A stretch of DNA of 63,373 bases, the filler included, from an uncultured Clostridia bacterium (GTDB taxonomy: Bacteria > CAYTYR01 > UBA6262), in assembly GCA_964441745.1 (NCBI GenBank). It is 3 parts of 3 records of this genome, joined end to end, with 100 filler letters (N's around TTAATTAATTAA, not from the genome) between each part and the next. Parts side by side here need not be neighbours in the genome. Positions count along the whole stretch, not along the records: positions 27,522 to 54,436 come from CAYTYR010000022.1; 2 more parts are not named here. One strand, 5' to 3'. Positions within the stretch are counted from its first letter, which is position 1, and the number at the start of each line of letters is the position of its first letter. Below, one piece after another: positions 30,097 through 40,612 of the stretch. The position numbers and the translations under genes were made by a program. Under the pieces are notes generated by a model. That model saw only the letters and a program-made list of their open reading frames with translations, searched no databases and was not told where the DNA came from.

Positions 30097-30984
30097 ATGA
30101 TGATAAGAAGCGATTACCGGAAACTCATCATGGAATTAAGGCGAAGGAGAATGAGTTTGAACCTTAAAAAGAAAAAGTTTCTCCTGATTTTATTGTTATC
30201 TGGCTTGTTGCTCGGAGCCAGTTATAAAGATCCAAAACCAATGGTCGTAAAAGTTAATGCTGCCGATGTGCGGGTGTGGCCAATCGAACATAGTGGTAAG
30301 TATGAGCAAGATCCCTGGCAAAATACCCAAGTGGAAAAAGGGGAAATAGTTTTAGTCTGGGATGTGGATGGGGAATGGGCCAGAGTGCAATGTCCTGACC
30401 AGTTGGTCTATAATTACCGTTCCAAACGCTGGGAAGGATGCCCGGGGTGGATCAGGGCAGACCAACTGAGTGAAGATCTCAGTAAAATAAAAAAAGTGTT
30501 AAAATATGATTTACCAGAAGAACAATTACGCAAGATCGTTCTGGTCAAAGCGGCACAGCACCTGGATTCCCAGTACCTGTGGGGTGGATGTTCCCTCTAT
30601 GATCCAGATTATAAGGATACCCTGACGGGAGTTGATTGTTCGGGATTGGTCAGCTGGGCTTACCGCAAGATTGGTGTTATTACCCCGCGCAACTCCAATG
30701 ACCAGTTTCACAAAGCGCAGGCTATCGGCCGGAGGCAATTATTGCCGGGAGACCTGGTGTTCCTGGCTAATGCCAGCAACAAGAATGAAGTCAAGCATGT
30801 TTTAATCTATGCCGGCGGCGAAGAGCTGATTGAAGCGCCAAAAACAGGTGAACGGGTAAGAAGGATCACTTTTAAGGAAAAAATAGGAATGCCTTTAAGT
30901 AAACTATGTCAAGGCATGCGCGTCCGGTCAAAAGTAGTTTATTTTGGTACGTTTTTTAAGAAAAACAAAAAACAGAGCGGGTAA
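30097..30984 (+). CDS. NlpC/P60 (C40) cell-wall peptidase with an SH3-like N-terminal domain
   Basis: YLWGG, GVDCSGLV, PRNS..Q, PGDLVF, catalytic His in HVLIY. Hydrophobic signal; true start probably near 30151-30157. Confidence 0.85.
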   Translation: MMIRSDYRKLIMELRRRRMSLNLKKKKFLLILLLSGLLLGASYKDPKPMVVKVNAADVRVWPIEHSGKYEQDPWQNTQVEKGEIVLVWDVDGEWARVQCPDQLVYNYRSKRWEGCPGWIRADQLSEDLSKIKKVLKYDLPEEQLRKIVLVKAAQHLDSQYLWGGCSLYDPDYKDTLTGVDCSGLVSWAYRKIGVITPRNSNDQFHKAQAIGRRQLLPGDLVFLANASNKNEVKHVLIYAGGEELIEAPKTGERVRRITFKEKIGMPLSKLCQGMRVRSKVVYFGTFFKKNKKQSG

Positions 30985-30987
30985 ATT

Positions 30988-31551
30988 ATGGATGAAGTAC
31001 TTAATGCCAATGAACATATAAGGGATATACAGGAAATCTCCATTGCTATTGATACCTGGGATGATATCTTTTCTGATTTTGATCCCAGTCCATTAGAACA
31101 ACGGGTATTATCTGAGGACTTCCTGGCTGAATTGCGCAAAAGATACCGTGAGACTCAACGGGGTAATTATGTTATTACTATCTATGCCCCGTTATTATTA
31201 AAAGATGATAATAGTGAGCGGATCGTGCTTAAGCGGTTGAAACAATATTTTAAATTCAGATTTTTGGCCTTAACCAGGGAATTGAGCCGGCATCGCGCTA
31301 AAGGGGGCTTGTTTATCGTTCTGGGAGTGGGGGCCCTGGGGACCATGTCCATGATCACGTTTTATGAAATATTAAGCCGGTTACAGGTAGAATTATTGGG
31401 GATTGTTTTAGTGCCTTTGGGCTGGTTTGGTATTTGGGAAGGATTTTCCAGGATTATTGAACCGGCGCCAAAACTGACCCAGGACCTGGAATTATACAAT
31501 AAGCTAGCCAGAGTTACCATAAAATTTAAGTATGCCGGACAAGCAAAATAA
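30988..31551 (+). CDS. Hypothetical membrane protein (two C-terminal TM helices)
   Basis: Full ORF in the operon, acidic DDIFSDFDP...LSEDF segment, two hydrophobic helices. Confidence 0.65.
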   Translation: MDEVLNANEHIRDIQEISIAIDTWDDIFSDFDPSPLEQRVLSEDFLAELRKRYRETQRGNYVITIYAPLLLKDDNSERIVLKRLKQYFKFRFLALTRELSRHRAKGGLFIVLGVGALGTMSMITFYEILSRLQVELLGIVLVPLGWFGIWEGFSRIIEPAPKLTQDLELYNKLARVTIKFKYAGQAK

Positions 31552-31563
31552 AGGGGAAAGCTA

Positions 31564-32022
31564 ATGAAAAAACTAATTATTGCTGGAATAGCGGCCATTA
31601 TCGGATTAACTATGACCGTGATTTATCTTAACTGCCAATCTCCTCAACCCATAGCGTCGAGCCCGCCGCTGGCAGGCAGCCAGGATGGAAACATTGAAAA
31701 GAGCAAGCTGATCTCTAACGGGGAAAGCGTTGACCTGCAAAAATACCTGGTTAAAGATTATGTCATAGTTTTTGATTTCTATGCTGATTGGTGCGGCCCA
31801 TGCAAGATTTTGGGGCCACAGTTAGAAGAATTGGTCAATCAAGCTGACGATATATTATTGCGTAAAATCAATATTGTTAATTGGAACAGCGCCGTGACCA
31901 AGCAATATGTCATACAGTTTGTTCCTAATATCAGGGTCTATGATAAAAAAGGCCAAATGATTGGCGAGCCAACGCCCTCATACGATAAAATTGCGGACTA
32001 TATAGAAAAAGCCAGAAAATAA
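31564..32022 (+). CDS. Membrane-anchored or exported thioredoxin-family protein
   Basis: DFYADWCGPC and cis-Pro (FVP); N-terminal hydrophobic helix. Confidence 0.85.
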   Translation: MKKLIIAGIAAIIGLTMTVIYLNCQSPQPIASSPPLAGSQDGNIEKSKLISNGESVDLQKYLVKDYVIVFDFYADWCGPCKILGPQLEELVNQADDILLRKINIVNWNSAVTKQYVIQFVPNIRVYDKKGQMIGEPTPSYDKIADYIEKARK

Positions 32023-32044
32023 TTATCAATTCTAAGGAGAAAGC

Positions 32045-32542
32045 ATGAAATATTTAAGTGCAAAAGAGGCCTATGATGTTGCTCTAAACCTGGAAGAAGA
32101 AGGTATCAGGTTTTATGAAGAGTGCGCTGATCAAGCCAAAATTGCCGAGTCCCGGCATATCTTCCAGCAATTAGCCAGTGAGGAACGGGAACATTATGAT
32201 ACGTTTAAAAAACTACAGGACGAATTAGGCACAACAGCTAATAAACCGCTTGGTAATGATACTGAAGTCCGGCAATACCTGGCGAACCTGGTGCGGCCGG
32301 GGATATTTTACGATATTAAAAACATACCCCGCGAAAGCGTTGCTTCGTTAAGCGAATATGAAGTGATTCATATCGGTATCCAAACGGAAAAAGATTCAAT
32401 CCTGTTTTACACTGAGGCGTGGCAGAATAGCGCTCATAGCAAAGGCCGGAAGGCGTTTAAAAAAATAATGCTGGAGGAACGCCGGCATTTGAATATCCTG
32501 ATTGAGCGGCTGATGAATCTGGAGCAACTGAAAAGAAAGTAA
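32045..32542 (+). CDS. Rubrerythrin-like ferritin-fold di-iron protein
   Basis: Duplicated E..G..FY / E..H motifs (EEREH, EERRH). Confidence 0.85.
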   Translation: MKYLSAKEAYDVALNLEEEGIRFYEECADQAKIAESRHIFQQLASEEREHYDTFKKLQDELGTTANKPLGNDTEVRQYLANLVRPGIFYDIKNIPRESVASLSEYEVIHIGIQTEKDSILFYTEAWQNSAHSKGRKAFKKIMLEERRHLNILIERLMNLEQLKRK

Positions 32543-32568
32543 TTAATTTGATTTTTGTCGGAGGATCC

Positions 32569-33840
32569 ATGAAGTTAATAATAATAGGCAATGGTGTGGC
32601 CGGGATAACGGTAGCTAAATTCTTCAGGACCCAGAGCGAAGACGCCGAGGTGACGATATTTACCGAAGAACATGAGCATTATTATCCCAAGCCAATACTG
32701 ATCGAGTTTTTAGCCGGCCGCGTCAAACACGAAGAGGTATATTTTTATAACTGGGCCTGGTATACGGAAAAGAAAATTAAAGTTAAATTTGGGAAGAAAG
32801 TAGTAAAAATAAATGAAAAATTAAAAAATATAGAATTAGAAAACGGGGAACAGTATCCTTACGATTGCCTGGTACTGGCTAACGGAGCCAGGAGCAATGT
32901 TCCCACGATAGAGGGTATTAAGAAAAAAGGTTCTTTTAGCCTGCGCACCATTGATGATGCGCAGCGGATAAAAGACTATCTGGGCACATTAGAATTATAT
33001 AATATCGTGGATACGAATCCGGGCCAAAATAGCGCCAATAAAAGAAAAGCCGTCATTCTCGGCGGCGGGTTCCTGGGTTTGGAAACAGCTTATGCTATGT
33101 TGGGGGCAGGTTTTGAGCCGACGGTTGTCGAACACAATAGCAGCCTCCTGCCGCGGCAGATCGATACCCAGGGCTCGGATATCCTTAAGGCTAAATTGGA
33201 AAGTATGGGCATTAAATTCAAGCTTGAAAGCGAGTGCGTGGCGATTAATGGCAATGACCAGGTGGAAAACATCACTCTTAAAGGCGGTGAAGTGCTCCCG
33301 GCGGATATTGTTATTATGGCCGCGGGTATTTGCCCTAATGTTGAATTGGCCAAAACCGCCGGATTAAAAGTGGGTAGAGGCGTATTGGTAAATAAATTCT
33401 TACAAACTGATGATGAGCATATTTACGCCTGCGGCGATGTCGCCGAATTTGATGGCCAGGTGTATGGGATCATTCCCGTAGCCTTGGCCCAGGCCCAAAC
33501 AGTCGCTTTTAATGCGCTTAATGGCCCTAAGCTGGTATATAAGGGAGTATTACCAAGCAGTACCCTGAAGATTGCCGGGATCGATCTCACCTGTTTGGGT
33601 GATTCCAATCCTCTGGCCAGCGCTTACGATGTTATGCGCCGGACGGATCCAGAGAAAGGCAAGTATATCAAGCTTTTAGTGAAGGCCAATAAAGTTGGGG
33701 GAGTTATCTTGATTAATGACCGGAAAGATATTCTGTCCTGGACCAAGATCATCAACCAGAAAATCGATATCGGCCGGGTCAAAGATACTATTTTGAACGA
33801 AGATTTTAATATGGCGGAACTATTTCAAAACAAGTCCTAA
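32569..33840 (+). CDS. FAD/NAD(P)H oxidoreductase (NADH:rubredoxin reductase / NirB N-terminal-like)
   Basis: IIGNGVAG, LANGA, LGGGFLGLE, TDDEHIYACGD. ATG 32569 follows GGAGGA. Confidence 0.85.
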   Translation: MKLIIIGNGVAGITVAKFFRTQSEDAEVTIFTEEHEHYYPKPILIEFLAGRVKHEEVYFYNWAWYTEKKIKVKFGKKVVKINEKLKNIELENGEQYPYDCLVLANGARSNVPTIEGIKKKGSFSLRTIDDAQRIKDYLGTLELYNIVDTNPGQNSANKRKAVILGGGFLGLETAYAMLGAGFEPTVVEHNSSLLPRQIDTQGSDILKAKLESMGIKFKLESECVAINGNDQVENITLKGGEVLPADIVIMAAGICPNVELAKTAGLKVGRGVLVNKFLQTDDEHIYACGDVAEFDGQVYGIIPVALAQAQTVAFNALNGPKLVYKGVLPSSTLKIAGIDLTCLGDSNPLASAYDVMRRTDPEKGKYIKLLVKANKVGGVILINDRKDILSWTKIINQKIDIGRVKDTILNEDFNMAELFQNKS

Positions 33841-34003
33841 ACACTAAATCCTAAACTCTCCCCTGCTGATCCCGATAAATCGGGATCAAAGACGCGGGGA
33901 CAGGTAAATAATATCAAATAGCTTAAATTCAAATGCAAAAGTTTAGAAATTTGGATTTTGGATTTGTTTAGGATTTCGAAATTAGAAATTAGAATTTGTA
34001 TTT
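33831..34003. repeat. Composite palindromic element, copy 1 (7-bp periodic arms with a nested GC-rich hairpin at 33858-33908)
   Basis: Homologous to 56882-57065. Shared core ctcccctgctgat...atcaaagacgcggggacaggtaaa.aatatcaaat. Confidence 0.85.
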
Positions 34004-34015
34004 AAAAGGTGAGTT

Positions 34016-36376
34016 ATGGCTAAAGATCCGGTATGTGGCATGGAAGTTGAAGAAAAGCCGTCTGCCCTGCAGGCTGACTACAAAGGCCAAAAATATTACT
34101 TTTGTTCCCCCGGCTGCAAGAAGAACTTTGAACAGTCTCCGGAACGCTATTTATCCGGCGCCCCGATTAAGCCAATGAATAATGAAGTTAACAAGGTTGT
34201 CCAGCCTTCTTCAGCCAAACATCTCTCACTTAATAAGATAAATATTGGTATTACCGGAATGACCTGCACCTCCTGTGCGCGGACCATTACTAAATCTTTG
34301 TCCGCTGTGCCGGGAGTAGCCCAGGCTAATGTGAATTTTGCCAGTGAAAAAGCCTTAGTTGAATATGATCCTACCCAAACTGATAAGGAAATCTTGTACC
34401 GGGCCATTGAAGATTCTGGCTACGGGGCAGTCAAGGAAGAGCAGATTGCTAATATCGAAGAGATCTATTTCCGGCAAGCCAAGAGACGTTTGGCGTTAGC
34501 GTGGGGCTTTACTATCCCGGTGCTGCTGCTGATGACCGGAGAAATGGTTTTTAAAGTGCATATACCGCATTTGAATTGGTGGTATCTGGCACTGGCTTTC
34601 CCTCCCGTATTCGTGGCCGGCTGGCGGACGCACCGCGGCGCGTATAATTCAGTGAAATTCCTGAACCTGGGGATGGACAGCTTGATCTCTCTGGGGACGC
34701 TTGTATCGTATGGGACTGGTTTGGCTAGTATAATGTTCCCACAGATGCATTCGTATGCTCCGGTTGCCGCGATGATCATGTCTTTCCACCTGGTAGGTAA
34801 ATATCTGGAAACCCTGACCAAAGGAAAAGCTTCACAGGCGATCAAAAAACTACTGAAATTGGAAGCCAAAACCGCCCGTTTACTGGTTAATGGCCAGGAG
34901 CAAGAGGTCCCTTTAAGCGAGGTGAAAGTCGGGGACATCATGCTGATAAAACCAGGTGAAAAAATTCCAACCGATGGCGAGGTTATAGCTGGAATTTCCA
35001 GCGTGGATGAGTCGATGGCTACCGGTGAATCTATGCCCGTGACCTGCCAGGCTGGGGATAAAGTGATCGGCGCGACCCTTAACCAGGAAGGGGTATTGCA
35101 AGTCAGGACTACCAAGATCGGACAGGACACGTTTCTGGCCCAGGTCATTAAATTAGTGGAAGAGTGCCAGGGATCAAAGATCCCGATCCAGGAACTGGCC
35201 GATAAAATAACCGGGTATTTTGTGCCAACAATTTTTGTGATCGCCTTAGTCACCTTTTTTACCTGGCTGGTTATAGCTAATGTATCCTCGGCCGTGTACA
35301 GTACAGTGGCAGTACTGGTGATTGCCTGTCCCTGCGCTTTAGGATTGGCAACGCCCACTGCTTTAATGATGGCCAGCGGCTTAGGAGCCCAGCATGGTAT
35401 CCTGATCAGGAATGGCGAAGCCATCCAGACCCTGGGCAAGATCCAGACGATAGTTTTTGATAAAACAGGAACGATTACCAAAGGCCGGCCGGAAGTCACA
35501 GACATATTTACAGCTGAAGGGGTCCTGCCAAATTTCCTGCTGGGCATAGCCGCTAGCGTAGAAAATAATTCTGAGCATCCTTTGGGCTGGGCGATAGTAA
35601 CTAAATCCCAGGAACAAAATATAAATTTACTGGCCGCGGAGAAGTTTAGCGCTGTTATTGGTAAAGGGATCAAGGGAGAAATTGAAGGCCAGAAAGTCTT
35701 TGTCGGCAGCCAAAAATTTTTACAGGAAAATAATTTTGACGTTACCGTATTACATAACGATATTGATCGTTTGGAACAACAATCCCGGACTATTGTCTTA
35801 GCCGCTTTTGCCGATAAAGTACTCGGCGGGTTTGGGATCAGTGACCCCCTGAAAGAAAATTCCGCCGCCAGCATAAAAAAGCTAAAATCCTGGGGTATTA
35901 AAACCGTGATGCTGACCGGAGATAATATACGAACCGCCCAGGCTATCGCCAAGCAGGTTGGTATTGATGAAGTTGCGGCTGAATTATTTCCTGATCAGAA
36001 AGTGCAAAAAATAAAGGAACTGCAGCAAGAGAATAAGCTGGTAGCTATGGTTGGCGACGGCATCAATGACGCCCCAGCCTTGAAACAGGCTAATGTTGGG
36101 ATCGCCTTAGGGACAGGGACAGACATTGCTATTTCCGCCAGTGATGTGACTTTGGTTAAAGGTAATCTGCAGTCAGTCGTTGCGGCCGTGATCTTATCCC
36201 GGGAAACATTCAAGAAGATAAAACAAAACCTGTTTTGGGCTTTTTTTTATAATGTATTATTTATCCCCTTGGCCATGATGGGTAAATTACACCCGGTAAT
36301 GGCGGAAATAGCCATGTTTGCCTCATCTTTGTTTGTAGTAGGTAACTCATTACGTTTAAAAAAAATAAAAATATAG
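34016..36376 (+). CDS. copA: Cu(I)-translocating P1B ATPase with YHS and HMA domains
   Basis: DPVCGM...YYFCS..C (YHS), GMTCTSC (HMA), TGES, CPC, DKTGT, SEHP, GDGIND, YN, MFASS. Confidence 0.93.
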   Translation: MAKDPVCGMEVEEKPSALQADYKGQKYYFCSPGCKKNFEQSPERYLSGAPIKPMNNEVNKVVQPSSAKHLSLNKINIGITGMTCTSCARTITKSLSAVPGVAQANVNFASEKALVEYDPTQTDKEILYRAIEDSGYGAVKEEQIANIEEIYFRQAKRRLALAWGFTIPVLLLMTGEMVFKVHIPHLNWWYLALAFPPVFVAGWRTHRGAYNSVKFLNLGMDSLISLGTLVSYGTGLASIMFPQMHSYAPVAAMIMSFHLVGKYLETLTKGKASQAIKKLLKLEAKTARLLVNGQEQEVPLSEVKVGDIMLIKPGEKIPTDGEVIAGISSVDESMATGESMPVTCQAGDKVIGATLNQEGVLQVRTTKIGQDTFLAQVIKLVEECQGSKIPIQELADKITGYFVPTIFVIALVTFFTWLVIANVSSAVYSTVAVLVIACPCALGLATPTALMMASGLGAQHGILIRNGEAIQTLGKIQTIVFDKTGTITKGRPEVTDIFTAEGVLPNFLLGIAASVENNSEHPLGWAIVTKSQEQNINLLAAEKFSAVIGKGIKGEIEGQKVFVGSQKFLQENNFDVTVLHNDIDRLEQQSRTIVLAAFADKVLGGFGISDPLKENSAASIKKLKSWGIKTVMLTGDNIRTAQAIAKQVGIDEVAAELFPDQKVQKIKELQQENKLVAMVGDGINDAPALKQANVGIALGTGTDIAISASDVTLVKGNLQSVVAAVILSRETFKKIKQNLFWAFFYNVLFIPLAMMGKLHPVMAEIAMFASSLFVVGNSLRLKKIKI

Positions 36377-36405
36377 TCATAGCAGCTGATTAGGAGAAAA
36401 AATAA

Positions 36406-37317
36406 ATGAGTATTTTCGATAAGGTATTTATTTTTTATCATAGCCTGCTGGTTTTTACTCATAATAAAAAATCAGTGCGCGCTCTAGGTAATTACCGGGA
36501 GAATATGTCCTTTAGCGCTCTTTCCCGGGCGGTAAAAAGTGAGGATCCGGAGATCAGGATATTGGCTTTGGAGAGTTTGAGCCGTCTGGGACTAAAAGCC
36601 ACGATCCCGTTATTCGTCACTGCCCTAAAAGATCGCAACCGCCTGGTCAGTATAGCGGCTTCTAATGTGCTGATCAGGACCGGTAAAGAAGCAGTGCCTG
36701 TTTTAATCGAAGACCTCAAGCATGAGGAGTTTGAGCAACGGGCTCAGATCATCGAAATACTGGGCAAGATCGGGGATACGAATGCCATTCCCGCTCTAAC
36801 CCCCCATATTAAGGAAGAGGAAGGGGTGGTCCGCCTGGCGACAGCGTTAGCTTTGGCCAGAATAGGGGATAAAGGAGCGATTTCGCTGATCTTGCAGGGT
36901 ATTAAAGATAATAGAATATATTTCAGTTTTTCCCCCGGCGGATTAGAAGCTGATCTTAAATCCATGGACCTGTTCAAAAAATTATTTTCCGCTTACCCGT
37001 TAGCTATGTCTAACCACCAGGAAGCCAAAAGGATCCTGCTTAAATTACTCGACAAAAATTATGGCTGGACCAGGTGTTTCATTATTAGGATGTTTGCCGA
37101 TATTGGCACGCTGGAAGATATTCCGCGTATTGCCGTTATGATCAAGGATGAAGACATCTGGGTGCGCCGGGCCGCCGTGGAAGTATTAGGCGTGATCGGC
37201 AATGACTCAGCTATCCCGATACTGATCACCGCGGCCAATGATAGTGATAGCTGGGTGCGTTCTTCGGCGCAGGTCAGCTTAGACAAGATCAAGGCCAGGA
37301 AAGTGGAATCCCAGTGA
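36406..37317 (+). CDS. HEAT-repeat (PBS lyase-like) protein
   Basis: Repeated VR..A..ALG.IGD..AIP.L units. Confidence 0.8.
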   Translation: MSIFDKVFIFYHSLLVFTHNKKSVRALGNYRENMSFSALSRAVKSEDPEIRILALESLSRLGLKATIPLFVTALKDRNRLVSIAASNVLIRTGKEAVPVLIEDLKHEEFEQRAQIIEILGKIGDTNAIPALTPHIKEEEGVVRLATALALARIGDKGAISLILQGIKDNRIYFSFSPGGLEADLKSMDLFKKLFSAYPLAMSNHQEAKRILLKLLDKNYGWTRCFIIRMFADIGTLEDIPRIAVMIKDEDIWVRRAAVEVLGVIGNDSAIPILITAANDSDSWVRSSAQVSLDKIKARKVESQ

Positions 37318-37958
37318 AACTGCAAGAAAAAGCAGAAAAGGTAACTGCTTTATTGAAAAAAGAATATCCCTCCGCCAAGATCGCCCTTAACTTTTCCACC
37401 CCTATGGAACTACTGGTAGCGACGATCCTTTCCGCCCAGTCCACGGATTTGACCGTTAATAAAGTTACGCCGCCAATTTTTCATATGTATAAAAATGTTC
37501 AGGCCTACGCCCAGGCTGATCTTAAAGAACTAGAGCAGGAGATATATTCGACTGGTTTTTATCACAATAAGGCTAAGAATATTATTGCCGCGGCCAAGCT
37601 GTTAGTAAGGAAATATCATGGCCAAATACCAGCGACCATGGAGGAAATACTGGAATTGCCGGGAGTGGCGCGTAAAACCGGTAATATAGTCCTGTTTAAT
37701 GCTTATGGTGTGGTTGCCGGTATTCCGGTAGATACGCATGTGCGCCGGCTTTCCCAGCGGTTGGGATTGACCCGGCAGAATGATCCAGAAAAGATTGAAC
37801 AGGACTTGATGAAGCTGGTACCCCGGAAGCTTTGGGGAAAGTTTTCGTATCTCCTGATCGATCATGGCCGGAAGATCTGTGACGCCAAGAAACCAAAATG
37901 CCCGGCGTGCGTCTTGAACAAGCTTTGCCCAAGCTACCGGGTATTCTATCCGATTTAA
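37314..37958 (+). CDS. nth: Endonuclease III
   Basis: LSAQSTD, HhH motif LPGVARKT, VDTHV, [4Fe-4S] motif C-x6-C-x2-C-x5-C. Confidence 0.95.
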   Translation: MKLQEKAEKVTALLKKEYPSAKIALNFSTPMELLVATILSAQSTDLTVNKVTPPIFHMYKNVQAYAQADLKELEQEIYSTGFYHNKAKNIIAAAKLLVRKYHGQIPATMEEILELPGVARKTGNIVLFNAYGVVAGIPVDTHVRRLSQRLGLTRQNDPEKIEQDLMKLVPRKLWGKFSYLLIDHGRKICDAKKPKCPACVLNKLCPSYRVFYPI

Positions 37959-38025
37959 TATCTCAGATCTCAAATTTGAGATTTCTGTCAGGTACGGATC
38001 TGGGCAACCAAAAGAGAATTAAACC

Positions 38026-38499
38026 ATGTCATTAGAAGAATATAAGAAAAAAAGGGATTTTAAGAAGACCAGGGAACCGGAAAGTACAGTCAGCGGTCCG
38101 CAGTCAGCGGTCACAGGGAAAAAACTGATTTATGTTATTCAGAAGCATAAGGCGAGTCATTTGCATTATGACCTGCGGCTGGAAATGGACGGAGTACTGA
38201 AAAGCTGGGCTGTGCCAAAGGAGCCTTCAGCAGACCCGGCAGTCAAACGTCTGGCGGTAGCAGTTGAGGATCATCCGCTGGGGTATGAAAAGTTTACCGG
38301 GACCATACCGGCAGGTGAATATGGCGCTGGCACAGTGGAAATATGGGATCAGGGAACATATCATTTGCTCGAAAAAAGCGATAAAACCTATAGTTTGGAA
38401 ATTAGCGGCAAGAAATTACAGGGAATATTTTACCTGGTTAAATTAAAACCAGGAGAAGATCTAAAAAATTGGCTGTTTTTTAGAAAGAAAGATAAATGA
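38026..38499 (+). CDS. Stand-alone LigD 3'-phosphoesterase (PE) domain protein
   Basis: LEEY..KRDF.KT.EP, QKH.A.HLHYDLRLE, LKSWAVPK, RLAV.VEDH...Y..F.G.IP.G.YGAG.V.IWD.G. Confidence 0.92.
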   Translation: MSLEEYKKKRDFKKTREPESTVSGPQSAVTGKKLIYVIQKHKASHLHYDLRLEMDGVLKSWAVPKEPSADPAVKRLAVAVEDHPLGYEKFTGTIPAGEYGAGTVEIWDQGTYHLLEKSDKTYSLEISGKKLQGIFYLVKLKPGEDLKNWLFFRKKDK

Positions 38500-39614
38500 T
38501 CAAAGCCGCAATGGAAAATATAAAAAGGAAACCACGAGTGGCAGTAGCTATGAGCGGAGGCGTAGATTCTTCCGTCACAGCGGCGCTGTTAATAAAAAAG
38601 GGATATGAAGTTATCGGCTTGACGATGCAGCTTTGGCCGCGGGAAAAAGCGGCAAAAGCTGAAACCAGTTGTTGTGGTATCGGGGCGATAGAAGATGCTA
38701 AGCGAGTGGCCGCAAAATTGGGATTTCCCCATTATGTAATCAATTGCCGTGCTTTGTTTGAACAAAAAGTTATTCGCGACTTTTGCCATAATTATGAATC
38801 TGGGCTGACTCCTAATCCTTGTGTCAAATGCAACGAATTGGTAAAATTTGATTATTTACTGCGGCAGTCACGAAAACTGGGAGCAGCCTACCTGGCTACC
38901 GGGCATTATGCCAAAATAGAATATAACCGCCGAGGGAAAGGCTATAACCTCTCTAAGGCTAAAGATCATAAAAAGGACCAATCTTATTTTCTTTATACTT
39001 TAACCCAGTCACAGCTGAAACAGATTTTGTTCCCCTTGGGCAAATATACCAAAGAACAAGTGCGGGCGATAGCCCATAAAATGGAGCTGCCTACTGCTAA
39101 TCGTCCGGAGAGCCAGGAGATCTGTTTCATCCCTGATAACGATTATCACCGTTTTTTGAAAACACAGATGCAGACGGATTTTAAACCAGGAAAGATAACG
39201 GATCAGAGTGGAAAAGTATTAGGAATACATCAGGGGATACCATTCTACACTATTGGCCAGCGTAAGGGATTAGGAATAGCTGCGCCCCAGCCATTATATG
39301 TTAAAGAGATCAATCGAAGGAAAAATATTTTAGTAGTTGCGCCGGAAGCGGATATTTACCAGACTAAATTAATAGCTAATAAAATAACCTTTACCCAGAT
39401 CAGAAAATTAAACGGTGACATTAAAGCCAAGGCCAAGATCCGTTCGGCGCATAAAGCGGCCAGCTGTATTATTTCTCCATTTAGCCGGGATAAGGTTAAA
39501 GTAATATTTATGTCCAGACAATGGGCGATCACTCCTGGTCAAGCGGTAGTATTTTATCAGGGAAACAAAATTCTTGGCGGAGGAACGATCTTAAGAATAG
39601 TTTCTGGCCGCTAA
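38496..39614 (+). CDS. mnmA: tRNA 2-thiouridine(34) synthase
   Basis: AMSGGVDS, TPNPCVKCN, ATGHY, KDQSYFL, ESQEICF, YTIGQRKGL, ITPGQ. Confidence 0.96.
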   Translation: MIKAAMENIKRKPRVAVAMSGGVDSSVTAALLIKKGYEVIGLTMQLWPREKAAKAETSCCGIGAIEDAKRVAAKLGFPHYVINCRALFEQKVIRDFCHNYESGLTPNPCVKCNELVKFDYLLRQSRKLGAAYLATGHYAKIEYNRRGKGYNLSKAKDHKKDQSYFLYTLTQSQLKQILFPLGKYTKEQVRAIAHKMELPTANRPESQEICFIPDNDYHRFLKTQMQTDFKPGKITDQSGKVLGIHQGIPFYTIGQRKGLGIAAPQPLYVKEINRRKNILVVAPEADIYQTKLIANKITFTQIRKLNGDIKAKAKIRSAHKAASCIISPFSRDKVKVIFMSRQWAITPGQAVVFYQGNKILGGGTILRIVSGR

Positions 39615-39697
39615 TTTATGGTTGCTGGTATAGAAGGTTTTTGTCTATTTCTGACTAGCGACTAGTAGCCAGCGACTAACGACGGATTTGAGGGTCT

Positions 39698-40612
39698 ATG
39701 CCTAATCATGAAGAGACACATCACTTGAATAAGCGCGGCCTGACCGCAGCCTTCATTATTACTTTTGTGATCATGATCGCGGAAGTTATTGGCGGTTTGG
39801 TTTCCAATAGTTTAGCCCTGCTCAGCGATGCCGGGCATATGTTCACTGATACATTTGCTTTAGGCCTAAGCTTGTGGGCTATTAAAATGGCCCAGAAACC
39901 AGCTACCCATCACAAAACTTTCGGTTACCATCGGCTGGAGATCCTAGCCGCACTGGCTAATGGTATATTATTGATCCTGATCAGTATCTGGATATTTTAT
40001 GAAGCCTACCAGCGGTTCTTTAATCCGCCGGAAATCAAAAGCGGCTTAATGCTGGTAGTAGCTATGACGGGTCTTATTGGCAACATTATAGGTATCTCCA
40101 TCTTACAGCGATCCAGCCAGGATAATTTAAATGTCCGTGGCGCTTTTCTCCATATGCTAGGCGATACACTGTCCAGTGTTGGCGTGATCATTGGCGGAGT
40201 CTTTATTGCTTTCACTGGCTGGAAAATGATCGATCCAATTGTTAGTATCCTGATTAATGGCTTTATTATTCACAGCGCTTTCCAGTTGATTTTTGAAAGC
40301 GGCGAGGTGCTCCTGGAAGCAGTGCCGCGTGGCCTAACTTTGCAGGAAGTAGTAACCGAGGTAACAAAAGTGCCGGGAGTCAGGGATTTGCATGATCTGC
40401 ATATCTGGACTATTACCAGCGGATTGCACGCTTTGAGCGGCCATATCCTAATCGATGACCAAAAGATTAGCACTGGTACAACCATACTGCAGGAAGTGAA
40501 GGAAGTGCTGGAACATAAGTTCGGCATAACCCATACTACGTTACAATTGGAATCTGAGAACTGTGGGGAAAGTTTGGTATGCCATCAGGAAAAGACAAAC
40601 AAAAAAGATTAA
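39698..40612 (+). CDS. Cation diffusion facilitator (CzcD/ZitB-like Zn/Co/Cd exporter)
   Basis: SLALLSDAGHMFTD, FGYHRLE, NVRGAFLHMLGD, HDLHIW, HTTLQ.E. Confidence 0.92.
   Translation: MPNHEETHHLNKRGLTAAFIITFVIMIAEVIGGLVSNSLALLSDAGHMFTDTFALGLSLWAIKMAQKPATHHKTFGYHRLEILAALANGILLILISIWIFYEAYQRFFNPPEIKSGLMLVVAMTGLIGNIIGISILQRSSQDNLNVRGAFLHMLGDTLSSVGVIIGGVFIAFTGWKMIDPIVSILINGFIIHSAFQLIFESGEVLLEAVPRGLTLQEVVTEVTKVPGVRDLHDLHIWTITSGLHALSGHILIDDQKISTGTTILQEVKEVLEHKFGITHTTLQLESENCGESLVCHQEKTNKKD

Noticed and set aside
32975-33050. Extra loop in the FAD oxidoreductase, and a similar insert in one beta-propeller blade near 49030-49100
   Set aside because: No match to the repeat families at DNA level; indistinguishable from ordinary loop variation.
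34465-35952. 495-aa antisense ORF
   Set aside because: Lies wholly opposite copA; a codon-bias shadow ORF with no motifs.
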